From assembly GCA_038087875.1 (NCBI GenBank), contig JAXLNO010005136.1, forward strand, positions 1-64,000: DNA of 64,000 nucleotides, written 5' to 3'. The notes beneath the pieces were generated by a model. It worked only from the letters and a program-made list of their open reading frames with translations. It had not been told where the DNA came from and made no database searches. Positions within the stretch are counted from its first letter, which is position 1. Each line of letters begins with the position of its first letter. This document shows positions 1-13,205 of this stretch, in pieces. The position numbers and the translations under genes are program-made. The DNA is from Malacoraja senta. Its lineage: Eukaryota.

Positions 1-2869
1 ATAAGTGCTTGGGTATAACATTAGCCGATGCGTTCAGTTCTGACTGGAGATATGGTATACCTTGCCTGTGCCGTTCACAGAGTGGGGGCTAAGTGTACAG
101 TATACCTCAGTGAGTGAATACATGCCTTGGACTTCTGAATAACTTGAGGTATAAGAGCACAGGTCAGAAGCTGGACTCTACTATGTTGACTCCTTAGGGC
201 TGGAGTGCCAGTGGTGCTCATTCCAGAGTTTAGGATGAGGAGATTCAATGCCTTTAATTTAAAGATATTGAACCTTGAATCAATTCTTCAGTGCATAGCT
301 CTTGTCCTGTTTGGACATTGGATCTGTACGGGTCAAGTGCATGTGCCTTCCATTGAAAGACTTGCTGACTTTCATTGCGGTGAGATATTTACTGCAGCGA
401 GGGTGAAGACAGAAAGCAGCAAGTAACAGGTTCAGTCCTTATCATTGTTGGGAGAGCAACCAGCAAATTCTTAGATGTCTGACCATTCAGACTAACCAAG
501 GATTTGCAATGTTAAGTATTTCTGTGTATGCCTCCCTCCCCATGAGCTGTGCCTTGCTTGCTGTCTCTCCATTTTCATTCTTTAGTGGCCACAGCTGAAT
601 GTGCTGCTTCCAAATGGACCAAATATGTGGCTTTCTACCCTACAACACAGTGTCACCCTTCTTGGTGCTGGGATCTTGCTTTGCTTCACTTGCATCTTAG
701 CTAGAAACCAGTTCCTGGATTCATGAAAACTGAGAATGCTGGACATATTCAACTGACCAGTGCAAATTTGGAGAGAGGAAGATAATTAGTGGGTCATTTT
801 GATGGCCCTTCATTAGAACTGTCTTAAACATTGGAATATTTTAATTGTTTTCTACACTTTTTTTACAATACAGGTTGGGGTTGTATTAAAGGAAGTCCTA
901 AATTGATGTAACCTTTTTTCTGAGTGTCTGTAGTCAGCAAACTGGTGTGTGTGAAAGACAGAGACGCTGTGCACACCCTGTACACATCGCATAGCCTTTG
1001 ATTGACCTTGTAAATGACTTTGCCACACTAGAAACCAGCAATTAAAAATTGCACAGTAGTTGGGTGCTCCCCATTTGACTAAAATTATCTTAACAATTCA
1101 AGCAAGTGAGTTGATCATTGTCTCACTGCATTGGTCCTTTACACTTTTATTTCTCAGTGTCACTTTCTCATGGACTGCTCTTTGAATAGCCCAGGACTAT
1201 CTCTCAGCCCAGAGTTAGTGCCGGCTTCTTGCTGTGTTTATTCCATAAAGTTATATTTCCACGAACCCTTCCTGATATCATCCATCCCCTCCATCAATGT
1301 TCAGCACTTGCTTCATCAGTTAACAACAACATATTGTATGCTTGGTGCCAAATATGCAATCTACTTCCTGTGAATTGTGTAATTGTTGACTGTGAAGTAG
1401 ATGATTAGTTAACTCTAAGTTGGCCACATTGCATCATTGGTACCCTCTTTATTTTTGAGCTTTGGTGTTTAATTTCCTATAACACAAGCAAAAGTTTCAA
1501 GGAAAGGGGGAAACTAGCCCCAGACCCTTGCCCACTATGGATGGAAATAACCTTGATGAAGATTGAAGGACTATGAAAGGTTTGGACATCGTGATGGTTT
1601 TACAGAAAAATGCAGCAACACACTGTTTTCAGGTGCTCATTTTTATTTCCGTACGTGATTTTGAAACCATTGTGGATGACTCATTTCTTGCAGAACATTT
1701 GATCTTCAACTCATTATGGTGTCACCTTCCTGTCTCAGAGTCATCTTTACAATTCAACATGTTTTGGGGGGTTGTGGCTTTTCAAATATTTTATTGAGAT
1801 TATCGCTTTTTTTGTCTTCACCATTCACTGGTCCCAGATGTGTGCCAATTGGCAGCTGAGGTGTGCAGCTTCTGCCACAATCTACCATGTTCCCTGCTGC
1901 CCTGTTCTGTTCACCAGCAGCTCAGCGATGTGGCTGAGTTCTAGAACTAATGTCACGGTGCCCTTCCACACCGTGTCTCATCACTTCTCTCACATCCACT
2001 CCTTTTATCACTGAGCCCTGGATAATCCAGACTCCAGTTTCTAGTTTATGAAATCGTGTAGCAGCTTAATTGAGAATGTTTAAATTTGAACACGACGAGG
2101 CTACAGCCAATCATAAATTGTAGAGCAGGGGACCAATTCAAACTGATGAGCTGCAGTGTGTGTGGAAGACAACCTGCTTTCATATTGCTGCTGTGTAAGA
2201 TAGACACACAGTTCATTAAAATTGAATTGAAGTGGAAAATGTTTATAATATCCCAAAAAACTTAATTGCAGTCACCATGTTAATAAGTTCTAACAGTTGA
2301 AAAGGATGATGCAATGAAGGGGTTAATATACACATTATCCCTGACTGATCAGTTTGAGTTAGGGAATTGCTGATTTAAACGACTCCAAGTTCTTGCTCAT
2401 GTCTTTTACCTTTTCACTTGACGGCCATAGTTGTACACCTGTATATTACTCCTTAATTGTGCCTTAACCACATTACGGCTCTAACCAGGTTTACAATAAG
2501 TGTCTCCAGAGCAAGCTTCAGTAAATGTACTAAGTGCCTGGAGTAGGGCAGAGAGCAGAGGTCACTGTGTTGTTATTGTTGTCAATTAGCTGGTTGATTG
2601 TACAGAAGCGGGAGGTGAGGCGGGAAGGAGCATTGCTACGGTGGGGAGCTGTGATTTTGCTAATTAACAGCTGCACTTATTGTCAAAGATCTATTAAACC
2701 CCCCCCAACTCCAATCTAGTTACAAATGACAGGGAAACATCCTAAAGTCACGTTGATAATAAATAAGCTGCAGCGATAATTAATCTTCATGAAGGGAAAG
2801 AGAAAGTTTGGGAAAAGTAGGAAGTAAGGAAAATAATAGTGGGGGAGAGGCTGATATGTAGATTAGCTA

Positions 2870-3112
2870 CTGGAGAATTCCATTGGTGTAAGTTTAAAAG
2901 TTTCAGGTGGAACTTTGGGAAAGATTGGCTGGCAGCTGGTGTGGAGATCCCACCCCTTTGCACTTTACCTGTTCAACCAGGTCTGGATATAAGAGAATCT
3001 GCTTTAAAAACACACACACTCACTCAATCTGAAGTAAAGGACCCACCATACACATAGCACAAATCTGGAGCCAGGGGACGGCACAGAGGTGCTCATCAAC
3101 ATAGCTGCAAAC
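2870..3112 (+). promoter_or_regulatory. TP63: deltaNp63 internal (P2) proximal promoter and 5'UTR
   Basis: Inverted CCAAT boxes (ATTGG) at 2882-2886 and 2924-2928 flank a CAGGTG E-box at 2904-2909. A TATA-like TATAAG lies at 2988-2993, about 120 nt upstream of the deltaN ATG. The order matches the mammalian deltaNp63 promoter as recalled. Confidence 0.75.
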
Positions 3113-3154
3113 ATGCTGTACCTAGAGAATGCAGCCCAGTCACAGTACAGTGAG
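3113..3154 (+). CDS. TP63: TP63 deltaN-specific first coding exon (exon 3'), MLYLENAAQSQYSE
   Basis: aacATGCTGTACCTAGAGAAT...AGTGAG|gtaagt, 14 codons, phase 0. Human equivalent is MLYLENNAQTQFSE. The ORF track misses it. Confidence 0.96.
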
Positions 3155-6029
3155 GTAAGTAGATCAACAAGTATACAAACCTCGCATCCACCGCTTCAGG
3201 ACCTCTACAGATTGGCTCCTAGTATGATTTATTCGGCAAGTTATCCTTCATAAGGGCCTCCAGACTCTGCACTACAATTGAATTAATTACATTTGTGATT
3301 TTCTAAATAGATATTTAAATAATTTAACTAATATCTTAAATTAAATAGATTAAATCACAACTGTCACTTTGAACAGCCAAGTTCAAGATTAGCAACTATT
3401 AAGAATGACAACTTTACGGATTGCTGGAGTTAATTTATTTATTGAAACATCTTTATCAAAACCCTGAGATAGTTCAGAGAATAGAATGAAAAGTTGCAAT
3501 TATGTTGCGATTGTAATAGGGCTGACGTTCAAAATCTTAAACTTGACCGTCATTTCTAGTCTTTGGATTATGGGTAGTGAAGAACTTGACGTTTCAGTTC
3601 TATTAATGTTGGAAACTTCTAGACAACGTCATTGTCTTGAAGAATTTTGTTTAAATGTTTATGTTTTGTGATGGCAGGTAATGGATTGAAGTACGTACAA
3701 AATTATGTGCTGTACAATGGCAGCTGACTTTTACGAACTGTGCTATCGGTAACTCATTGATTCGTACAAACCTTTTCAAAATGTTCATCCAGTGTTTCAA
3801 AGTAGTCCAGGTGAATGGGTTGAAAATGTGCAAATGCCTGTTGCAAGGGAAGTGCACTGGAAATGACCAGTGAAGAGGGAAATGTGACGCTTGAAGGTGT
3901 GGGTTAACTTATTAATAATGCAGGAATCTTAGTCAAATTGTTATCTCTTGAAAGAGAAGCTGTCTTCTTCAAATGAAACAAAAGTATGCGGTCTCCCCAA
4001 ATCACGGAGTAGTCCCGGTTGCGTTCAGTTGCCAAAAGACAGCCTCAAAATAACATGTTCAGTTTCCTGGACTGTTTATTTGAAGCTCAAACACTGCTCA
4101 TTTTCAACATTTTTGGGGGGATAAATGGAACTGTTTACATGCCATTTCTGCAAGCATACGACCCTGTTTTTTTCGCTTGATTCTTTCCTTTCTTGAAGTA
4201 CACAAGCTTTAGAATTGAATTGTCAAATCTGTGTTTGGGGAAATCACAGTCGATGGTAATCCAGCAGAAAGTACTTGTCCATCGTCATAACACAGCTATT
4301 CACTCAGGGGGGACACAGCTTACTGATGTGTTACACCCTTCTTGAATGTTTGATGTGTAAAGGTGACAATGAGAACTCACTGAATTCTTTAATCCTGCAA
4401 AAGCAAAAGCAAGTAAGGACACAGATACTGAGAAACTGATGAAGAATCTTTGAGTTAAATTCATTTATGAATCTCTACTTTTTTTTGCAAGTTGTGGTTG
4501 TGTGCATAACTTGAAAATTCCAAGTCATTATTGAACAGAATTGCTAAATTATTAAATAATTTGAATTGTGAAGGAAGTCACACCAAAATGGAAAATTTGA
4601 AATAAAAAATATTAAGTGAATTTTCATCTGCAACTTTGTTCTTGAAATTTTGCAAAACTCTTCCATTATTGGAAGAATTAAATATGTAAGGAAAAATTGC
4701 CTGCAGGATCTAATGCATTCTTCCGGGCACTTATCAGGAAGGGGTTGCATCGAGGAAGGTTTGTATTGTCATTAGGAAGCTTCTCCAAGTAAGAATTCTG
4801 TTCGGAAAGATTTGTAACAAATATGAGCAAGGACACACAAGTGTGCTTCAAATCAGTAAGCAATATGAAGGAAATATTATGTAGAAGCACTTAAGATGAA
4901 GTTCTTCAGCACAGCAGACCTTCAGGGTTTGGCTCACAAACCAGCTGACTGGGACCACGACTTGTATGCCTCTAATTTCCATGTGCATCCTTAGATATGC
5001 AACAGTCTATCTTTGACAAAGAGCCTAGGCCATAAATTATATGATTTATTCATTCTTGACTAGACAGATTGTTTTATTTTATGAAACTAATGGCTGTAGG
5101 GAGCTGCAACGAGTGAGAGATCTTTCCAAACTGTGGAGACTTTAGGAGAAGCTGCTTCATCAGTTTAAATAATATATCTATCTTCAGATGCAAACCCTGG
5201 TCCTGAGATGTATAATAAATATATAGACAAGAGCAAAGATGCCATATAATCACGTTGGTGAAATGTCAGTAACACTATTTTACTGGTGCTTTTTAAACAC
5301 TCTGTGCATTAGGCATGGATCTTCGCTCAGCCGCTGCATGGGGTTAACTGTGCAATTGAGGCCTGGGTTCCTGATGTGCTCTGGATTTCCAACACATTGG
5401 CAATTACAAACTATTTTGATCACCAGCTGAGAGAGGTTGAGTATTCTACCTAATTGCAGTGTTCAATCAGGCTAAAGAGAACAAAGTTAAACCCTCACCT
5501 AGGCTGCATGTTGCTGCTCTTTAATGTTGATCAAAGCACTGTCATAGTCTAGGGAAGTAATTTATGGGGGTTAGTAATTCCCCACCTGTCCAGTGTCTCT
5601 GACAGTCCTTATGGGAATGCAGTGCAAAGGTTATCAGAACTTATGGTAGTTGTGAATCAAGTACTAGGTAAAATCCTGGTCCTTCCATAAAGTACTTTTA
5701 GCAGGTTGGTTATAGTGATCCTGGAAAGGCACAAAGTGCTGGACTAACTCAGTGGATCAGGCAGTATCCCTTCTTCAGTAGTGTCCCTGTTGGTCACAAT
5801 TGAATTGTATAAAGTTATTTTTCAATTTGCTTTTGACAGAACTGTAATGGATTGAGGGGTGGAGTTGGCAATGCCATGCCGAGGACAGATGTAGGGGAAA
5901 AAGAGTGACAGTTAAACCAACTAGAGATCAGAGAGTCTTGCATCAGTAGTGGGAACATTATTAGAAGGGATTCTGAGAAACAAGATTTATTTTTGCTTCG
6001 CAAAGGAAGAACTGAATAGAGATAGTCAG

Positions 6030-6650
6030 CACCTTCTCAACACTGATGATCCTCAGATTTGTGTTCCCTGTGCCTTGCTCCTCTCCCTGTACACCCATGG
6101 CTGTATGGCCAAGAATAACACCAATTCAATCTTTATGTTCACCATGGTTGCCGGCTGGATATACAACAATGATGAGACAAAGTACAGGAAATAGATCCAA
6201 ACCCTGTGTCATGGAGTCAGGACAACTTCCTGGCCATTAATGGCAGCAAGACAAGAGAATTGTTTATTCATCTAAGGAAGTGGGAAGAGGTGAACACAAA
6301 CCTGTCCTCATCAACAACTGCTATAGAGATGGTAAGCAGCTTCAAAGTCCTCAGCATCCACATCACCAGCAACCTAACCTGGTCCCTTCACATTGATGCA
6401 GTGATCAAGAAAGCAGATCAGCTTTATCTTGGGCGCCTGTGAAGATTCAACATGTCCACAATGATTCTCTTGAACTACTACAGATGCGGGATAGAAAGTA
6501 TTCTGGTGGAATGCATCTCAGCTTGCTTTGGCAACTGCTATGCTCTTGACTGCCTGAACCTGCAGAGAACAGTGAATGCAGCTTAGTCCATCACATGCTC
6601 GTCACTTCCTTCTATCCAGTGCATGTTCACAGTGTACTGCACCAGGAAGG
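6030..6650 (+). mobile_element. Decayed Rex1/Babar LINE fragment (flanked by CR1 pieces ~5830-6030 and ~6650-6960)
   Basis: SWSQDNFLAINGSKTREL...VSSFKVL.IHITSNLTWS.HIDAVIKKA aligns with the 60900-61788 frame. Confidence 0.75.
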
Positions 6651-7959
6651 CTGGAAGTTGAGTTCCATCTGCCATTTAGTCTCCCACTTTCCCAGTTGAT
6701 CTATGTTGTTTTGTGAAACAATCTTCTTCACTGTCCACTTTATCATCAAGAGTAGTTGGTATCTAGACTGAACAGCCAGAGGAGGTGGTAGAGGCAGGAA
6801 CAGTAATGACATTTCAGAGGCATCTGGACAGGTACTTGAATGAGCAAGGCCTTGCGGGTTATAGAATTAATACACGCAAGTGAGATTTAGGTAGGCAAGC
6901 TGGTCAGCATAGACACAGTGGGCCAAAGGGCCCGTTTCTATGCTGTATATCTGTATGATCCACATCACTTAGTGTACTTCCCATTTGTATGTGCTCTGGG
7001 GATGAATGTTAAAGCAGAGGGGCCTCTCTGTGTGATCCACGTCTCAGAGCAAATAGAGAAAAATAATATCTTAAAGACCATTTTCTGGCGAAATTGTTAT
7101 GTGCAGTCGCTCTTTTGTTTTGAGAGGTATGGCTCCCAACATTTCAGATCTTGCCAGTGGACCTAAAGCTGCTGAAAGCAAAATAAAGAAACTTGCAATT
7201 ATGAATTGCCCTTTGCAGCCCTTTCAGGATGTTCCAAAGCACTTGACATTCTAAAGTAGAATCAGGAACAGTAACAACAAACAAGAGGCATCTGGACAGA
7301 TTCTGAATGAGCAGGGCATAGAGGGTACGAGGCATAGATGGTGACGTGGGATTGTTATAGATCATGATGATCAGCATAGATACAATGGGCCGAAGGGCCT
7401 GTATCTATGCTTCCAAAGGGAGTGTAGATGGTACTAACATTCGAGATGTTAAACCTCGATCTCATCAGCCATTTTGGGTACAAATAACAGATTTCCTGGC
7501 ACTGTTATTTAAAGCATCCCTTATCCTAGTGATTGGGGGAACATGTATGTCTCAATATAACCAAAACTAAGTGAATATCACATTGCCTTTTGTAGCAAAC
7601 GATCTCAATTTCCCTGTGTACTATATTACCTCCAATAAATCAATCCCAATAGTAATGCATTAAAATGTCACCCTAGGCTTTTGTAATCTGGTCTTTCGAT
7701 TCTTGCTTGGACCCAGAAGAGTTGAAAGCAGTACCACAGAGCAACAAAGATAACGGAGCAAGAATTGTTCCAAATAATATTTTAGATTTGAAATATTTGC
7801 AATGATTGTTGCTGTGTTTAATATCCAAACCCTTGACCAAGTAGTTTGGTTGCTTTGAAGGCTCTTTTAGTGAGTGAAGCTTTGGCACACCTGTCAGATT
7901 AAACCTTTCGTTCCTTTTTTTATTGCCATTCATTCTATTTTGGTGCCCTTGTGATATTT

Positions 7960-9210
7960 AAAAGCAGTTAAGACCGCTGGATACAAAAAAGACGAGAGGA
8001 CCAGACAACATCCTGACTGTAGCACTGAATAGCGACTCATGGCCCCAGCCAATCTGTTCCAATACAGTTACAATACTGGCATCTATCTGACAATGTGAAA
8101 AGTTGTCCAGTTATGACCTGTTCACAAAAAGCAGGACAAATCGAATCCTGCTAGCTACCTGCCTATCAGTCTACTCTTCATTATCAGCAAGGTGAAACTT
8201 ACTATAGATGATAGTTACTGACCAATAACTTGCTTGCTGATGCACAGTTTTGGTTTTGCTAATGCTGGTCTGTTCCAGGCCTGATTGGCATCCTTGGTCC
8301 AGACACAGACCAGAGAGCTGAATTACAACAGTGAGAAAGGAGTGACAGTCCTCCACATCCCCACCAGTTTGTTGTCGCCACATTTGACAAAATGTGTTCC
8401 ATGGAATTACAATCACTGTATCCACCACCATCAGTCTCATAGGGATCACCTTTGATCTGAAACTCAATGGGACGAGTGACATAAATATTTTTGGATGTTC
8501 GGTAAGCTTTGGCAAGCGATTTGGACCCGACATCCCTAATGGCCATCCACAATCTGTAGGTCAAGAGTGTAATAATAATAATAATGGATTTTATTTACGG
8601 GCGCCTTATACCGAGGTCTCAAGGACACCATACAGAGATTTATAGAAAACATATAATCAGAATTTTTTTTTTTTAATGGGCTTCTCTCCCCATTGGCCAG
8701 GTGAGCACAACTCCAGCAACTCTCAAGCTCAACACCATCCAGACAAACCAGCCCACTTGTGTTTGGCTTTTAGGTTTAGGTTTATTACTGTCATGTGTAC
8801 CAAGGTACAGGGAAGAGTTTTGTTTTCCATGCCATCCAATCAGAACAGATAATACTATATCTAAATACAATTAAGTCAAACTTGGGTACAGTAGGTAATG
8901 CCTGGTCTGTGTGATGCATTGGGCTACATCTACAACTCTCTGCAATTTCTTGATCCCCATCTACCACTCCAAAATGTGTTCCCTCCACCATTAGTACCAA
9001 GCCTCTTCAGTCTGTACCTGCTACAAAAATCAGTGCAGTCATTTTCCCAGGATACTCCAATAACACCTCCAAATCTGCATCCTCTATGATCACAAAGCAC
9101 GGGCTTCGGGCAGATTGGGATGCAACCACCAACTAGTTCCCCTCCAAGTTGCATACCGTCCTCACTTAGAAATATATTACTGTTCCTTCACCACCACAAG
9201 GTCCAAATCA
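7960..9210 (+). mobile_element. Composite of decayed L2/CR1-like LINE fragments with nested minus-strand LINE tails (~8400-8660, ~8770-8900)
   Basis: KKQDKSNPASYLPISLL-like RT remnant near 8125-8185. (AAT)n and (TTTAGG)n tails mark the nested inserts. Confidence 0.55.
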
Positions 9211-10739
9211 GTCATAAGAACAGATAATTCAGGAAACCCAGGGTCACCCCTATGGACTGAATGTAGATAATCCCCAAATAGGTGACCTATATCCCTCTGC
9301 AGCATCTGCCTCTTTCTCGAAGCTCATTCTCCCTCTCAGTTTTGTATCATTGGCAACCTTGATGTCACAGAATATTTCACTAAAACCTGGGCCTAGTACT
9401 GAGCATTGACACACTACAGGAATAGGCTGCCAACTTGAAAAATACCAGATTGGTCCCACTTTGTTTTGTGCTTTAACCAATCATCCATGCTCGGTGATGA
9501 AGTCCACACGTATTATATTATGCCTTTCTATGTCATTTCATGCATTTTGAAAATTAAGATATAATATATTTGCTGGTTCCTCCTCTTATCTTGCGATTTA
9601 CATTCTCAAATAAATTTAATTTGTCAAACACTTTTATTGAAATCATGCGAACTCTGTCCAATATTATTTCTCTCCCCTCTGAGTTGTGGTGGTAAATTTG
9701 CTACTTTCAATTGCACATGACCTGTTATAAAAATTAGGGAATTTTGGATAATCCTCATGAATCCATTGTTCCCTCTGCATGTCCTGGTGTAGTGTCCGCG
9801 ATGTAGGCTCACCAGGCTTGGGGCTCTTTCAAATGTTGGTCTCCTGAATTTCTCAGGTGCTTTTTCTGGACTACTGTCAATATGCCATTTATTTTATTTT
9901 ATTACCCTTTAGTTATAGTTTCCATTTTGAGATGAAGGGCGAAGCGTTTGGATGGCAGCAGAGGGTCTGTGCAGCTTTAAAAATCAAGGTGATTTGGTTA
10001 GAAAGTTGACAAGTAAAGTAAAAGTTGAGGAATAGATATACCTGGCAACCCAGTGTCCCTGGCCGTAACGCTGTTGACTGTCTACACGAATCCCTGGGGC
10101 GACCCAAATTCCTTAAAAACAGCGGCTGGTGATATATTTGACGTTTATGGGAGCTGCATATATTACCCTTGAGCATGAGCAAGTGAGGCTTGCATTCAGG
10201 AAAGGTTAGGAACAACTGATTTAAACTCCTGTTCCTGGTACATTTTTGTCATCTTTTGTGAACATTTATATAAAGTTTTGTTTAATGCCTCAGCCATATT
10301 GGCCTAGGTAACACCTGCACTAGACATGCAAACCTAGACTAAACTCTGGTGCTCTAAATCGACTTTTGTTGTCTCTGAACGTTGCTCTCTAAATCTTTGT
10401 TCAGAAGCTATAGTTCTTGAAGAAGTTTTCTTCATGAAGCATTGTGGTGGATGGATTTTCTTGTTGCATGTGGTGTGAATGTGTACAGGAATGCCTGGTT
10501 GGTTACAGCCGTCCTCTTGTCATGCTCTGAGCAAACCTGCACAATGGTATTTCTCTTAACTCCACTCCTGGGGACTACTCCCGTCGTTGATCATTGGGTA
10601 GATTGGTGCAGGTGGCAAGGGAGGACGGGGTGGAACAGTGTCACTTTTAATTTAATCTTGTATTGTTGCTCATTCAATCACTGAGAAAAGACTCGGTTCA
10701 AATAGGCTACTCCAAAATGGCACAAAGTGCATGATGCCT

Positions 10740-11220
10740 TCATAGAACATAGGACAAGAACTGACCCGTCAGCTCATGATGATTGTATGACTATGATGCC
10801 AAATACAACTGATCCCATTTGCCAGCACATGAATCCCTCCAATACCGGAATATTCATGTGCCTGTCTAAAAGCCTACTAAACATCACTATCACATCTGCT
10901 TCTACCCTTTCCCTCGTCAGCAAGTTCCAGGCTGCTACCAGTCTCTGTAACAAAAAAAACTTGTGTCTCACATTTCCTTTAAACCTTCTCTTTCTCACGT
11001 ATCTATGCCACTGATAATTTTATAAACTTCTATCAGGCCTCCCCTCAGTCTCTGATGCTCTAGAGAAAACAATCTAAGTTTGTCCAATCTCTCCTCATAG
11101 CCAATACTGTTTAAACCAGGCAGCATTCTTGTGAACCTTTTCTGCACCCTCGTCAAAGCGTCCACATCCTTTCTACAATGGGATGACCAGAACTGCACAC
11201 AATACTCCCAATGTGCCTTT
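10740..11220 (-). mobile_element. CR1-clade LINE 3' fragment
   Basis: Minus-strand translation EYCVQFWS...VQKRFTRMLPGL...YEERL..L.LFSLE...RG.LIEVYKI, followed by a CR1-type 3'UTR. Confidence 0.85.
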
Positions 11221-11889
11221 AGGGTCCAGTTCTTCATTTAATGGGATGCATGTGACCGAGCAGTGTATATAACTGCATACACCTCTCTGAACCACCTATG
11301 GTTTATCTTGAACCCTTTTCCCCAACACTTTTTCACATGGTTACTTGCAGAAATTGAGTATTGTTACTGAATATTTGAAAACTCCATGCTCTATGCTGAC
11401 AAACAACTTATATATAACATGTTTTAATGGAGCTAGCGATCTTGTGACTTTAAAGATATCAAAGTCATAAGTGATTAAATATTTCTCAGAAAGCCTTGAT
11501 ACATCATTGTGGGAGCAGTGTCTTATTCCAAGTGAAACCATATTCTGATGAAATGTGCATTTGAGTAATTACTGAAATATCGTTTCCCACAAAGTTCCTT
11601 GTTTGTTTGCAGCACTGCAGGCAAACAGCTAGTATACTTGCTTGCCTCATTAATGGATCTCTGTCCCCCAAGGTTCTGAAAACGTGCCGTAGGGTTAAGC
11701 CCAGCATTATAATAAGATGCTGATAGTTTCCCAATTGCACAATGCATGTACTGATATGTGGTAGTCTGTGATTACTTGTTAATGTTAGCTAGATGTTGGC
11801 TAGATCTGAAATATTTTGGAAAAAACAAATGCTGAACTCTTCATCAGTGAACGTATGAAACTCAAAAGAGATTCATGACAGTTACACCC

Positions 11890-13205
11890 AAAGCTGTACA
11901 CGTTGTCTATATGGACTTCAGCAAGGCATTTGATAAGGTTCTGTGTGGTAGACTGCTCTGAAATGTTAGATCACATGGGATCAAGGAGATCTTGAAGATG
12001 GATAGAGAATTGGCTTCATTGAAGTATGCCGAGGGTGATGGTGGAAGATTGTTTTTCAAACTGAAGGCCTGTGATTAGTTGTGTGCCTTAGGAATTGGAC
12101 CCATTGCTGTTTGTTATCTCAACGAATTGGGTGTGAATGTAGAAGGAATGATTGGTAAGTTTGCAGATGACACTAAATTAGGTGGGATTATAGATAGTGA
12201 TGATGGTTATCAAAATTACAGCTTGATCAGTTAGGCAAGTGGGCCGAGGAATGGTTAATGGAGTTTAATGCAGATAAGTGCAAGATGTTGCATTTTTTGG
12301 AAGTGAAACCAAGGCAGGACCTTCACAGTGAATGGCAGCCCCCTGGGGGTTGTTGGAGAGCAGAGAATTTAGAGGTGCAGGTACATAGTTCCCTGAAAGT
12401 GGTTTCACAGGTAGATACGGTGGTCAAGAAAGCTTTCGGCACATTGGCCTTCATCAGTCAGGGTATTGAGTATAGGATGTTATGTTACATGTGGAGGAAG
12501 GAACTGCAGATGCTGGCTTAAACTGAAGATGGACACAAAAAAGGTGGTGTAACTCTGCAAGTCAGACAGCATCTCTGGAGAAAATGAATAGGTGACATTT
12601 AGGGTCGAGACCATTCTTCAGACTGTGAATGTCAGACTGTGAACTATTATGTTACAGTTGTACAAGATGTTGGTGAGGCCACATTTGGAGTATTGTGTTC
12701 AGTTTTGGTCACCCGGCTATAGGAAGGATGTTGTTTAGCTCTAAAGAATGCAGCAAAGGTTTACGAGGATGTTGCAAGGACTTGAGGGCAGAGCTAATAG
12801 AAGAGATTGGGAAAACTTTATTCCTTGGGGCACATGAGCCCAAGGGGTGATGTTTTAGGGGGGTATAAGATCACAAGACGAAGAGACGATGAATTATCCA
12901 GGCTAGGGGAATCAAGAACGAGGGGACTTGGGTTTATGGTGAGAGGGGAAAGAGTTAATGGGAACCTGAAGGACAACTTTTTCACACAGAGGGTAGTGGG
13001 TATTTGAAATGAGCTGTCAGAGGAGGTAGTTGAGGTAACTACTATAACAACATTTAAAAAACATTTGGACAGGTATATGGATAGGAATGATTTAGAGGGA
13101 TATGGGCCAATTGCAGGCAGGTGGGAATAATGTATAAGGGGCATCGTGGTTGGCATGGGAAAGTTGGGCTGAATGGCCTGTTTCCATGCTGTATGACTCA
13201 ATGGC
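11890..13205 (+). mobile_element. CR1-clade LINE, decayed RT plus 3' end, interrupted by a Penelope-derived element at ~12490-12645
   Basis: YMDFSKAFDKV, KFADDTKLGG, MEFNADKC and FFTQRVV remnants. The nested insert is flanked by a TTATGTTACA repeat. Confidence 0.88.
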
